Notes: generated by a model not told the origin, from the sequence alone. Counted from the first letter of the stretch, positions 7,932 to 16,113 are shown. The stretch is DNA of 27,859 nucleotides from a virus (IMGVR_UViG_3300020181_000320:1-27859); one strand, 5' to 3'. Numbers and translations are program-made.

Positions 7932-8429
7932 GTGACCACCTTGCCGCGCAATCTGATCACCGACGTTGACCGGGAGCGCGTGCGCGAGCTGCACGCCGAA
8001 GGCAAGACCCGCAACGACATCGCCCGGGAGATCAACCGCTCGCCGTCCACGGTGACCGGCATCGCTCGCGCGCTCGGCCTGTCCTTCGACCGCTCGGCCA
8101 CTGCCGCCGCGACGCACGCGCGCCAGGTCGACAACCGCGCCCGCCGTACCGACATCGTCGGCCGGCTCTACGGGCGTGCCGAGCGCATCCTCGGTCGGCT
8201 TGAGGCTGACCGGTACACCTTCACCGCGACCACGATCAACGGCATTGAGTCCAAGGTGCTCGACCACGTGCCGGCGCCGGACGAGAAGGCGCTCGCCTCG
8301 GCGATGTCGACGCATCTCGGCGCGGCGGCCAAGCTCGAGCAGGTCGACGCCGACACCGGCGCCGAGGGCGCTCGGTCGATGCTCGGCGGGCTCGCCGTCG
8401 CGCTCGGCGTCACCACCGCGCCGAGCTAG
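7932..8429 (+). CDS. terS: Terminase small subunit (N-terminal HTH)
   Basis: RELHAEGKTRNDIAREINRSPSTVTGIA HTH; first gene of the packaging module. Confidence 0.72.
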   Translation: MTTLPRNLITDVDRERVRELHAEGKTRNDIAREINRSPSTVTGIARALGLSFDRSATAAATHARQVDNRARRTDIVGRLYGRAERILGRLEADRYTFTATTINGIESKVLDHVPAPDEKALASAMSTHLGAAAKLEQVDADTGAEGARSMLGGLAVALGVTTAPS

Positions 8430-8483
8430 GTCGAGTTCTGCTGCTGCACGGCTCACCAACCCAACTCGGGGGAGGTGACGACC

Positions 8484-9377
8484 GTGCCGCTACGTGTCCT
8501 GAGCTACGGGGGCGGTTGGCAGTCGACGGCGCTTCTCGTGCTCGCCGGTACTGGCCGCCTCGACATCGACGCAGCGCTGTTCGCCAACGTAGGCGACGAC
8601 AGCGAACACCCGGACACCCTCGCCTACGTCCGCGAAATCGCAATTCCGTGGGCAGTCGAGCACGGCGTACCGCTGCACGTGCTCGACCGGATCAAGCGCG
8701 ACGGCACGCGCGAAACGCTTTGGGGCCGCCTCACCCGCGAAGGGTCGAGGTCGCTGCCGATTCCCGTACGCATGTCCAACGGTGCGCCCGGCACCCGCAG
8801 TTGCACGGCCGATTTCAAGATCAAGGTCATTGGTAAGTGGCTCAAGCAGCACGGCGCATCCAAGACAACGCCGGCCGCCGTCCATATCGGTATCAGCGTC
8901 GACGAGATCCAGCGCGCCAACACCCGCCGCGTCGAACCACACGAACGAATCGTGTACCCGCTGCTCGACCTCGGCGTACGTCGTACGGATTGCGGCCGCA
9001 TCATCAGCGATCAACGGCTCTCGGTTCGGCACGCTCAGCGGCTACGCGAGATTGTCGACGAACTGCCGACGAACATCGCTCGCCAGCTTCGCGCGTCGAA
9101 CTTCACTCGCCTGCCGATTCCGCCGAAGTCGTCGTGCTTCTTCTGCCCGTTTCATCGCCCCAGCACGTGGGAAGCGATGCGCGCGGAGGAGCCCGAACTA
9201 TTCGAGCGCTCATGCCAGCTCGAGGACTTGCTCAACGACCGGCGAGTCGCACTGGGCAAAGATCCGGTCTACCTGACTCGTTTCAACAGGCCGCTACGTC
9301 GCGTCGTCGACGCCGGTGTGCAGCTCTTGCCGCTCACTGACGACAGCGGATGTGACTCCGGGTGGTGCATGACGTGA
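8484..9377 (+). CDS. PAPS-reductase-like (PP-loop, adenine nucleotide alpha-hydrolase) Cys-rich protein
   Basis: PP-loop VLSYGGGWQSTALL, FANVG..EHP.T, RSCTADFKI, GISVDE, YPL, PKSSCFFCPF, C-terminal CDSGWC. GTG 8484 fits GGAGGT spacing; 8475 is an alternative start. Confidence 0.82.
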   Translation: MPLRVLSYGGGWQSTALLVLAGTGRLDIDAALFANVGDDSEHPDTLAYVREIAIPWAVEHGVPLHVLDRIKRDGTRETLWGRLTREGSRSLPIPVRMSNGAPGTRSCTADFKIKVIGKWLKQHGASKTTPAAVHIGISVDEIQRANTRRVEPHERIVYPLLDLGVRRTDCGRIISDQRLSVRHAQRLREIVDELPTNIARQLRASNFTRLPIPPKSSCFFCPFHRPSTWEAMRAEEPELFERSCQLEDLLNDRRVALGKDPVYLTRFNRPLRRVVDAGVQLLPLTDDSGCDSGWCMT

Positions 9378-10633
9378 TCTCCGGCGAGCTTCCTCTCTCG
9401 CCGGCACAGGTCGAGTCGATGCGCGAGGCGAGTGCCCGGGTGAACATCTGGTCGGGGGCTATCCGGTCCGGCAAGACAATCGCGAGTCTGTTGCGCTGGT
9501 TGATCTACGTCGCGCACGCGCCCCGCGGCGGGCAACTCGTCGTTGTCGGGCGCACCCGCGACTCGGTCGCGCGCAACGTGTTCGCACCGCTGCAAGACCC
9601 AACCCTATTCGGCGCGGTCGCCGACCACGTCCGCTACACCGCCGGCGCGCCGTCCGGCTGGATTCTCGGTCGGCAAGTGTTCGTGCTCGGCGCCTCCGAC
9701 AGCAAAGCCGAGAAGGTGCTGCGCGGGTTGACCTGCGCCGGCGCGTACGTCGACGAGGTCACCGTCGTTGCCCGCGAGTTCTTCAAGCAGCTACTAGGCC
9801 GCATGTCGGTTCCGGGCGCGCAGTTGTTCGGCACCACCAACCCGGACAACCCCGCGCATTGGCTGAAACACGACTACCTCGACCGGCTCGCCGAGCTGCC
9901 CGACTGGCGTTCGTTCGCGTTCACCCTCGACGACAACCCCTCGTTGTCCGCCGAGTACCGCACGAGCATTCGCCGCGAGTACACCGGCTTGTGGTTCCGT
10001 CGATTCATCCTCGGCGAATGGGTCGCCGCCGAGGGCGCCGTGTTCGACATGTGGGACCCAGACCGGCACGTCGTGCCGTGGGGCGAGCTGCCCGACCTGC
10101 GGCGCCTGCTCGCCGCCGGCGTCGACTACGGCACCACCAACGCAACCGCGGCGCTGCTGCTCGGCCTAGGTGCCGACGACCGGCTCTACCTGGTCGACGA
10201 GTGGCGCCACGATCCCGCGCACGCGCGGACCCGGCTCACCGACTCCCAGCTCGCCGCCGGCCTGCGCGAGTGGCTCGACCTCGACCACCACCCGCGCCAG
10301 CAGGGCCGGCCCGAGTTCGTGGTCGTCGATCCGGCCGCCGCGTCGTTCCGGGTGCAACTCCAGTCCGACGGCGTGCTCACCCAAGCCGCCGACAACGACG
10401 TCGCCTACGGCATCCGGACCGTGTCGAGCCTGCTCGCCGAGGACCGGTTGCGCGTCGCCGACCGGTGCCGCGGCTTCATCGCCGAGGTACCCGGCTACTC
10501 GTGGGACGACAAAGCGACCGCCGCCGGCGAGGACAAGCCGATCAAGATCGCTGATCACTCGCTCGACGGCGGCCGCTACGCCGTGACGACTACCGAGGCG
10601 CTCTGGCGGCCGGCGCTGGCTGCCGCCGCCTGA
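9374..10633 (+). CDS. terL: Terminase large subunit (PBSX-type)
   Basis: Walker A GAIRSGKT, Walker B AYVDE, TTNP, nuclease GVDYG...DH..D..RYA. Confidence 0.95.
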   Translation: MISGELPLSPAQVESMREASARVNIWSGAIRSGKTIASLLRWLIYVAHAPRGGQLVVVGRTRDSVARNVFAPLQDPTLFGAVADHVRYTAGAPSGWILGRQVFVLGASDSKAEKVLRGLTCAGAYVDEVTVVAREFFKQLLGRMSVPGAQLFGTTNPDNPAHWLKHDYLDRLAELPDWRSFAFTLDDNPSLSAEYRTSIRREYTGLWFRRFILGEWVAAEGAVFDMWDPDRHVVPWGELPDLRRLLAAGVDYGTTNATAALLLGLGADDRLYLVDEWRHDPAHARTRLTDSQLAAGLREWLDLDHHPRQQGRPEFVVVDPAAASFRVQLQSDGVLTQAADNDVAYGIRTVSSLLAEDRLRVADRCRGFIAEVPGYSWDDKATAAGEDKPIKIADHSLDGGRYAVTTTEALWRPALAAAA

Positions 10634-10871
10634 ACAGCGGGTACGCCTCCGGCTTGCCGTTCTTGTCCTGGACGACGGACCAGTCGACCATCTGCCAGCC
10701 CTGCGCCTCAATCGATTCGATCATCTCGGCCCATCCGGCGATTGAGCCGGACATCGTGTGTTGCGTCGCCGGCGTGTTCAGCCTCGGCACGAACACGGTC
10801 CGGCCTTCGGCGATCGCTCGGCCCGCTTCCTCGGCGACCATGTTCGCCTTGGCGTTCTTGATGAATCCCAC
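10590..10871 (-). CDS. Antisense hypothetical protein (93 aa, moron-like)
   Basis: GGGAGA SD, GTG start, MGFIKNAKAN...WAEMIESIEAQGWQMVDWSVV...YPLFRR. Fills the terL-portal gap and has globular-protein composition. Confidence 0.75.
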   Translation of the reverse strand: MGFIKNAKANMVAEEAGRAIAEGRTVFVPRLNTPATQHTMSGSIAGWAEMIESIEAQGWQMVDWSVVQDKNGKPEAYPLFRRRQPAPAARAPR

Positions 10872-10904
10872 GTTTCTCCCTGCGCTGGTGAAAGGGGGTG
10901 CGTC

Positions 10905-12503
10905 ATGCCGTCTTCGTGGCCTCCCCCGCCGTTCGACGACGCGCTCGCGCGTATGCGCGAGTGGGATGCCTGGTACACCGGTGATCCCGAGCGGCTCGTC
11001 GAGATCTACACCGGTGAACGCCGGCGCGCTGTTACACCTCGCCTCCGCCCCTCGACCTACCGCGGCGGCCTGGTGGGCGGGCTCGCCCGGTTCTTCTGGG
11101 GCCGACCGGTACCAGTGGGCCAGACCCGACAGCGGTTGCATGTGCCGCTCGCCGCGGACATCGCGACCGCGTCGGCCGACCTCCTGTTCTCCGAACCGCC
11201 CCGCATCGTCGTCGACGACACCGCCGCGCAGGATCGGCTCGACCTCGCGCTCAACTCACCGGCGATGCACTCGCGGTTGCTTGAGGCGGCCGAGATCGCC
11301 TCGGCGCTCGGCGGCGCCTACCTGCGCGTGGTCTGGGATGCCGACGTGGCCAAGCACGCCATGCTCGACGCCGTCCATGCCGACGCCGCGGTGCCCGAAT
11401 GGCGCTGGGGCGAGCTGGCCGCGGTCACCTTCTACACGCGGGTGCGCGTCGACGGGCCGGCCGTGTGGCGCCACCTCGAGCGCTACGCCCCGGGCCGGAT
11501 CGTGCACGCGTTGCACGTCGGCACCGACACCGAACTCGGTCGAGCGGTGCCGCTCACCGAGGACCCAGCGACCGCGTGGGCGGCGCCGCTGGTCGACGCC
11601 GAGGGCAGCATCGCCACCGGCACCGACCGACTCGCCGCCGCGTACGTGCCCAACGTCCGCCCTAACCGGGTGTGGCGCGGCACGCCGCAACTCGCTCCGC
11701 TGGGCCGGTCGGACTTCGACGGAGTCGAAGGACTCTTCGACGCGCTCGACGAGACGTACACGAGTTGGATGCGCGACGTCCGGATCGCCAAGGCCCGGCT
11801 ACTGGTTCCCACCGGGTACTTGCAGGACAACGGCACCGGTCGCGGCGCGAGCTTCGACGAAGACCGCGAGGTCTACACCGAGTTGAACGCGCTGTCGCGC
11901 GGCGGCTCGGACACCCTCACCGTCTCCGCGCACCAATTCGCCATCCGGGTAGCCGAGCACCGCGACACCGCCGAGGACATCACCCGGACCGCGCTACGCG
12001 CCGCCGGCTACTCGCTGGCCACCCTCGGCGACAACGACGGCGACGCCTCGATCACCGCGACCGAGGTCACCGCCCGCGAGAAGCTGTCGAACCGGACCCG
12101 CGACAAGAAGGCCCGGTACTGGGCATCCGGGCTCGCGCACGTCTCCGCCGCGCTGGTCGAGATCGACCGGGCCGTCTTCGGCGGCACGGCGACCGTGTCC
12201 GACCTGCCGAAGGTCGAGTTTCCCGACCGGACGCAGCCCGACCCCGAAGCGCTCGCGCGCACGGTGCAGGCCCTCGGCGCGGCCGAGGCCGCCTCGACTG
12301 ACGTGCGGGTGCGGATGGTTCACCCCGATTGGGACGACGACCAGGTGCGCGACGAGGTCGCCGCCATCCTCGCCGAGTCCGGCCGGACCGTGCCCGATCC
12401 GGCGACGTTCCGCGGGCTCGACCAGTTCCCCGACCCGCCGACGTCCGGCGACGACAAGGTCGAGGGGGCCGCCGATGCCGTGGGAACCCCCGCCCGGAGT
12501 TGA
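10905..12503 (+). CDS. Portal protein (SPP1 gp6-like)
   Basis: WDAWYTGD, HVPLAADIA..SADLLF, LGRSDF..., TATEV; AAAGGGGG SD; position after terL. Confidence 0.92.
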   Translation: MPSSWPPPPFDDALARMREWDAWYTGDPERLVEIYTGERRRAVTPRLRPSTYRGGLVGGLARFFWGRPVPVGQTRQRLHVPLAADIATASADLLFSEPPRIVVDDTAAQDRLDLALNSPAMHSRLLEAAEIASALGGAYLRVVWDADVAKHAMLDAVHADAAVPEWRWGELAAVTFYTRVRVDGPAVWRHLERYAPGRIVHALHVGTDTELGRAVPLTEDPATAWAAPLVDAEGSIATGTDRLAAAYVPNVRPNRVWRGTPQLAPLGRSDFDGVEGLFDALDETYTSWMRDVRIAKARLLVPTGYLQDNGTGRGASFDEDREVYTELNALSRGGSDTLTVSAHQFAIRVAEHRDTAEDITRTALRAAGYSLATLGDNDGDASITATEVTAREKLSNRTRDKKARYWASGLAHVSAALVEIDRAVFGGTATVSDLPKVEFPDRTQPDPEALARTVQALGAAEAASTDVRVRMVHPDWDDDQVRDEVAAILAESGRTVPDPATFRGLDQFPDPPTSGDDKVEGAADAVGTPARS

Positions 12504-14544
12504 TCCAGCCGACGTCGTCGAGCAGCTCGCCGCGGACATCCTCGCCCTGTACACGCAGGCCGAGGCGCGGTTGCTCGGCGACATCGCCCGCCGTGTCCGC
12601 GCCGGTCAGGACGTGCCCGAGTGGGCCGCGCAGAAGGCCACCGCGGCGCGTGAGCTTCGGCTCGCCGCCGAGCGGATCGCTACGCAGGTCACCGGGCAGG
12701 CAGGCCAGGCGGCCGCCGATTCCGTGTTCGCCGCCTGGCAGGCCGGCGCCGAGCAAGGGCTCGCGCAGCTCGCCGAACTCGGCGCGCTGTCGTCCGAGCA
12801 GCTCGAGCAGCTCGCCGGCGTGGTGCCCGGAATGCAGGCGGCCGCCATCCTCGCCGCCGACCTCACCAGCCGACTCGAGGCGCTGCCGCTGCGCGTCCTG
12901 CGCTGGCAGCAGGACGCCTATCAAACAGCGGTCGCCGCCGCGGCGCCCGATCAGTTGCTCGGTACCGGCACGATCCACTCGGCGCAGCGTGCCGCGTGGG
13001 ACCGGCTCGCCTCCCAAGGCGTGACCGGGTTCGTTGACCGCGCCGGCCGCGACTGGAACCTCGCGAGCTACGTCGAGATGGCCGTGCGCACCGCGACCGG
13101 GCGCGCGTGGAACGACGGGCACCTCGCCCGCATGGCCTCCGCCGGCGTCGAGCTGGTCACGATCACCCGCTCGCGCCATGCCTGCCGGCTGTGTACCCGC
13201 TGGGAAGGGCGGGTGTTGGCGCTGTCCGGCCCGGCCGGCGAGCGCCAGGTCGAGCACACCCTCACCGACGAGACGGTCACCGTCGACGTCGCCGCCACCG
13301 TCGAGCAGGCGCGGCTCGAGGGGCTCATGCACCCGAACTGTCGGCATCAGTTCGTGCCGTACCTGCCCGGGGTGACCAAACTCGACGAGATCCGCGAGCA
13401 CGACGCCAAGGCCGAGCAGGACCGCGAAGACCTGCGCGCGCTCGAGCGCAAGGTGCGCCGCAACAAGCGCAAGGCCGCGGCCGCGCTCACCGACGACGAG
13501 CGCCAGGCCGCCGAGCGCCGGGTGCGCGAGACGCAAGCCGAGATCCGCGAGTACGTGAAGCGGACCGGGCTCAACCGCAAGCGCTACCGCGAGCAAGTCA
13601 ACCTCGGACACGGCGACCTCCGGGCCGCCGAGCGCCGGCGCGACCAGCTCGCCGACCAGGTCGCCGAGGGCAGCGTCGAGCAGAACCGGCTCGACGCCAT
13701 CGCCGCCGAACAGGCCCGCCGGCGTGAGGCCGAGCGGCTCGCCGCGGAGAAGGCCGCGGCCGACAACGCCGTCGCCGACGCGCTCGCCGCGCAACAGCGA
13801 ACGCCGGCCGAGTTGAGCGACGACGAACTCGCCGTCGCCGACCGGGTGTTCGCCGAGCGCGCCGAACTGCTCGGCAAGCCCGGACAGGTCAGCCAGACGC
13901 ACCAGGCCGTACGCGACGAGATCGAACGCCGGTCCGCGCCGCCGGCCGCGCCGGTCGATCTGCGGGAGCTGTCCGACGAGCAACTCGGCGACCGGCTCGC
14001 CGAAGTCGGAGACGACGAGGACGCCGTCGAGGCAGTAATCGCCGAGCTGGAGCGGCGCGACGCCGAACAGCAGTACGCCGACGCGGTCGCCGACGATCCG
14101 GACGCCGAGAAGTGGGCCGAGGTCGACCGGCTCGTCGAGGACGGACTCGACTACGAACAGGCATACGCCGAGGTGTTCGACAAGGACGTCGAGAAGATGC
14201 GCCGCGAGGACGCCATCGCCCGACTTCGGCGCGAGGGCTACCGCGGTCGCGGGTTCGACGAACTCGCCCGCGCCGCCTACGCCGACCGCGTCGAACGGGA
14301 CTACTTCGCCGCCGAGGCCGCAACCAACGGATTCCTACTCACTCCGGAAGGCCAACGCGCCGGGCTGGACCCGCGGAACCTGTGGCGGCAGAACGAAACC
14401 TACGCCCGCCGCTGGGCATCCGAGGAACTGAAGCAGTGGTGGGACGAAAACGGTAGGGTGACGTTCGACCAATTCGTCGCCGAGCAGCTCGGCGGCGGCA
14501 ACGGCGAACGGTTCCGCACCGGGGGTGAGTCGTGGCTGCAATAA
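12475..14544 (+). CDS. MuF-like phage minor capsid protein with long C-terminal extension
   Basis: FVDRAGRDWNLASYVEMAVRT, C..C..WEG, GLMHPNCRH, followed by about 300 extra residues. Confidence 0.88.
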   Translation: MPWEPPPGVDPADVVEQLAADILALYTQAEARLLGDIARRVRAGQDVPEWAAQKATAARELRLAAERIATQVTGQAGQAAADSVFAAWQAGAEQGLAQLAELGALSSEQLEQLAGVVPGMQAAAILAADLTSRLEALPLRVLRWQQDAYQTAVAAAAPDQLLGTGTIHSAQRAAWDRLASQGVTGFVDRAGRDWNLASYVEMAVRTATGRAWNDGHLARMASAGVELVTITRSRHACRLCTRWEGRVLALSGPAGERQVEHTLTDETVTVDVAATVEQARLEGLMHPNCRHQFVPYLPGVTKLDEIREHDAKAEQDREDLRALERKVRRNKRKAAAALTDDERQAAERRVRETQAEIREYVKRTGLNRKRYREQVNLGHGDLRAAERRRDQLADQVAEGSVEQNRLDAIAAEQARRREAERLAAEKAAADNAVADALAAQQRTPAELSDDELAVADRVFAERAELLGKPGQVSQTHQAVRDEIERRSAPPAAPVDLRELSDEQLGDRLAEVGDDEDAVEAVIAELERRDAEQQYADAVADDPDAEKWAEVDRLVEDGLDYEQAYAEVFDKDVEKMRREDAIARLRREGYRGRGFDELARAAYADRVERDYFAAEAATNGFLLTPEGQRAGLDPRNLWRQNETYARRWASEELKQWWDENGRVTFDQFVAEQLGGGNGERFRTGGESWLQ

Positions 14545-14789
14545 CCGCCGAGCACGTCCGCGCCGCCCGCGACCAGGGCTACGCGGCCGGCTACGGGCTC
14601 GCGCCACCAACGCCGAACCCGTACACACCGGCCCACGTGCCCGAGTGGCTCGGCCCGCGAACGCCCGCCGAGCGCGCCCACCACGCGAATGCCGAGCGCG
14701 GACCGCTCGCGCTAGCGCGCGTGTGGCGCCAGGGCTACCAAGACGGGCAAGCCGCCTACGCGCGCGAGCGTTCAGCCGGAGACAGCTAG
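14532..14789 (+). CDS. Small protein with Rmf/CrpP-like pattern
   Basis: ARDQGYAAG...NPY...VWRQGYQDG; GGGGGTG SD; overlaps the MuF stop. Confidence 0.65.
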   Translation: MAAITAEHVRAARDQGYAAGYGLAPPTPNPYTPAHVPEWLGPRTPAERAHHANAERGPLALARVWRQGYQDGQAAYARERSAGDS

Positions 14790-15094
14790 GCCGGTTCAGA
14801 CGAGCCGCCGTCGAGTAGCTCGCGTTCCCAGTCCCTCAGTTCCGGCTCAACCTTCGGCGCAGGCGGCCGACCGCCACCCACGCCGCGCCCTGGCATTCCG
14901 GCGCGCCATTGCTCGATCTCTGACACGCGCTCCGGCAGCCAACCAGGGATGCCACCGTCGATTTCGACGTCTGGCGCAGGGAACGGGTGCGACGAGTCGG
15001 CGGGGTAACGCTTGAGCCACTTGTCGACCGCGTGCCGGGTGACGCCGAAACGCTCGGCCAGACCGTTTACGCCGAGGTAGCGAACGGTGCTCAC
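14786..15094 (-). CDS. AlpA/excisionase-like HTH DNA-binding protein
   Basis: YLGVNGLAERFGVTRHAVDKWLKRY...FPAPD...GWLPERVSEIEQW; GTGA overlap with the upstream gene. Confidence 0.8.
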   Translation of the reverse strand: MSTVRYLGVNGLAERFGVTRHAVDKWLKRYPADSSHPFPAPDVEIDGGIPGWLPERVSEIEQWRAGMPGRGVGGGRPPAPKVEPELRDWERELLDGGSSEPA

Positions 15095-15312
15095 GAGAGC
15101 ACCGCCCCGCCGAACAGCTCGTCGCGGACATAGAGCGTCATGGGGCCGACAGGTTCCGGCCACGCGAACGGTGTCGGCTCCGCGGCCACGTGTTCGGCCG
15201 CAACCTCGGCGCACGCCTCCCAGATGTCCACCTGACCCGGGATCTGGTCGGCGATGTGCTTGCGCATGGCCTCTGCCTCAAGCAGCGGCTTGACCTCGAA
15301 AAGCGCGTCCAT
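15091..15312 (-). CDS. 73-aa acidic hypothetical protein
   Basis: GAGGGG SD and ATG downstream of a consensus promoter; MDALFEVKPLL...QIPGQVDIWEAC...RDELFGGAVLS; coupled to the HTH gene. Confidence 0.75.
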   Translation of the reverse strand: MDALFEVKPLLEAEAMRKHIADQIPGQVDIWEACAEVAAEHVAAEPTPFAWPEPVGPMTLYVRDELFGGAVLS

Positions 15313-15327
15313 CTCTTCACCCCTCAA

Positions 15328-15354
15328 AACCTTGTCTCGATTTGAGACCAGGTT
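15328..15354. promoter_or_regulatory. 27-bp palindromic operator A, AACCTTGTCTC-gattt-GAGACCAGGTT
   Basis: Inverted arms match at 10 of 11 positions; overlaps the -10 and predicted start site. Confidence 0.78.
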
Positions 15355-15378
15355 AGAGGTGCACGTAAACCTTGTCAA
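15350..15378 (-). promoter_or_regulatory. Housekeeping-sigma promoter TTGACA-N17-TAACCT
   Basis: Minus strand reads ttgaca aggtttacgtgcacctc taacct, pointing to the ATG at 15312. Confidence 0.82.
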
Positions 15379-15394
15379 CGATCGAGACAACGTT
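15368..15394. promoter_or_regulatory. 27-bp palindromic operator B, AACCTTGTCAA-cgatc-GAGACAACGTT
   Basis: Second copy 40 bp from operator A with the same arm spacing; overlaps the -35. Confidence 0.75.
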
Positions 15395-15447
15395 TCTTCT
15401 TCGGCCACGCGCTGAGAACCCATCCCACGACCGCCCAGGAGGCAACC

Positions 15448-16113
15448 GTGTCTGCACCCATCACCCCGGCCAGCCCCGCCGGCGAACCGTCCGGGACAAC
15501 CGGCGATCCGGCCGCCACCGGTCAGCAGCCGCCGGCGGCCGGTCAGCCGAGCGCGCCGGCAGCGGCACCTGCCGATCAGGGCGCGGCCGCGGACGAACTC
15601 GCCGCCCTGGACCCGGCGACGCTGGCGAAGATGGTGCGCGAGCTGCGCACCGAGAACGCCGCGGACCGCACGAGCGCGAAGGCGAAGGCGGCCGACGAGG
15701 CGCGGCAGCAGCTCGCGCAGGACATCGGCAAGGCCCTCGGCCTGGTCGCCGGCGACGACGACAAGGCGGACCCGGCCAAGCTCGCCGAGCAGGTCACCGC
15801 CGAGCAGCAGCGCGCCCGCGCCGCCGCGGTCGAGCTGGCCGTGTTCAAGTCCGCCGGTCCGCTCGGCGCCGACCCGGCCGCGCTGGTCGACTCGCGCGCG
15901 TTCGTCTCGGCGGTCGAGCAGCTCGACCCCACCGCGGCCGACTTCGCCGACAAGGTCGGCGCAGCGATCACCAAGGCCGTGACCGACAACCCGAAGTTGC
16001 GCGCCGCCGGCCAGGTGCCGCCGCGCAGCAGCGGGCAGCACGCCGGCGGGTCCGGCGAGAAGCCCGCCGCGAAGTCGCTCACGGACGCCATTTCCCGCCA
16101 CTACGGCAACTGA
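15448..16113 (+). CDS. Capsid scaffolding protein
   Basis: Pro/Ala-rich N-terminus, LRTENAADR coiled coil, NPKL, directly before the capsid gene; AGGAGG SD. Confidence 0.85.
   Translation: MSAPITPASPAGEPSGTTGDPAATGQQPPAAGQPSAPAAAPADQGAAADELAALDPATLAKMVRELRTENAADRTSAKAKAADEARQQLAQDIGKALGLVAGDDDKADPAKLAEQVTAEQQRARAAAVELAVFKSAGPLGADPAALVDSRAFVSAVEQLDPTAADFADKVGAAITKAVTDNPKLRAAGQVPPRSSGQHAGGSGEKPAAKSLTDAISRHYGN

Noticed and set aside
8484-9377. Auxiliary sulfate-assimilation cysH or a complete Dnd system
   Set aside because: The PP-loop variant (SYGGGWQS) and Cys pattern differ from typical CysH, and no other cys, dnd or ssp genes are in the window.
12067-13983. 638-aa minus-strand ORF and many similar long overlapping ORFs
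   Set aside because: Shadow frames opposite well-supported portal and MuF genes, with no SD or family signature.
14786-15094. HTH protein as the prophage excisionase
   Set aside because: Fold is compatible, but it is far from the integration/immunity end and no integrase or att site is nearby.
15328-15394. Two similar palindromes read as a mini-CRISPR or IS ends
   Set aside because: Only two copies separated by 13 bp, no cas or transposase gene, and they overlap promoter hexamers, so operators fit better.
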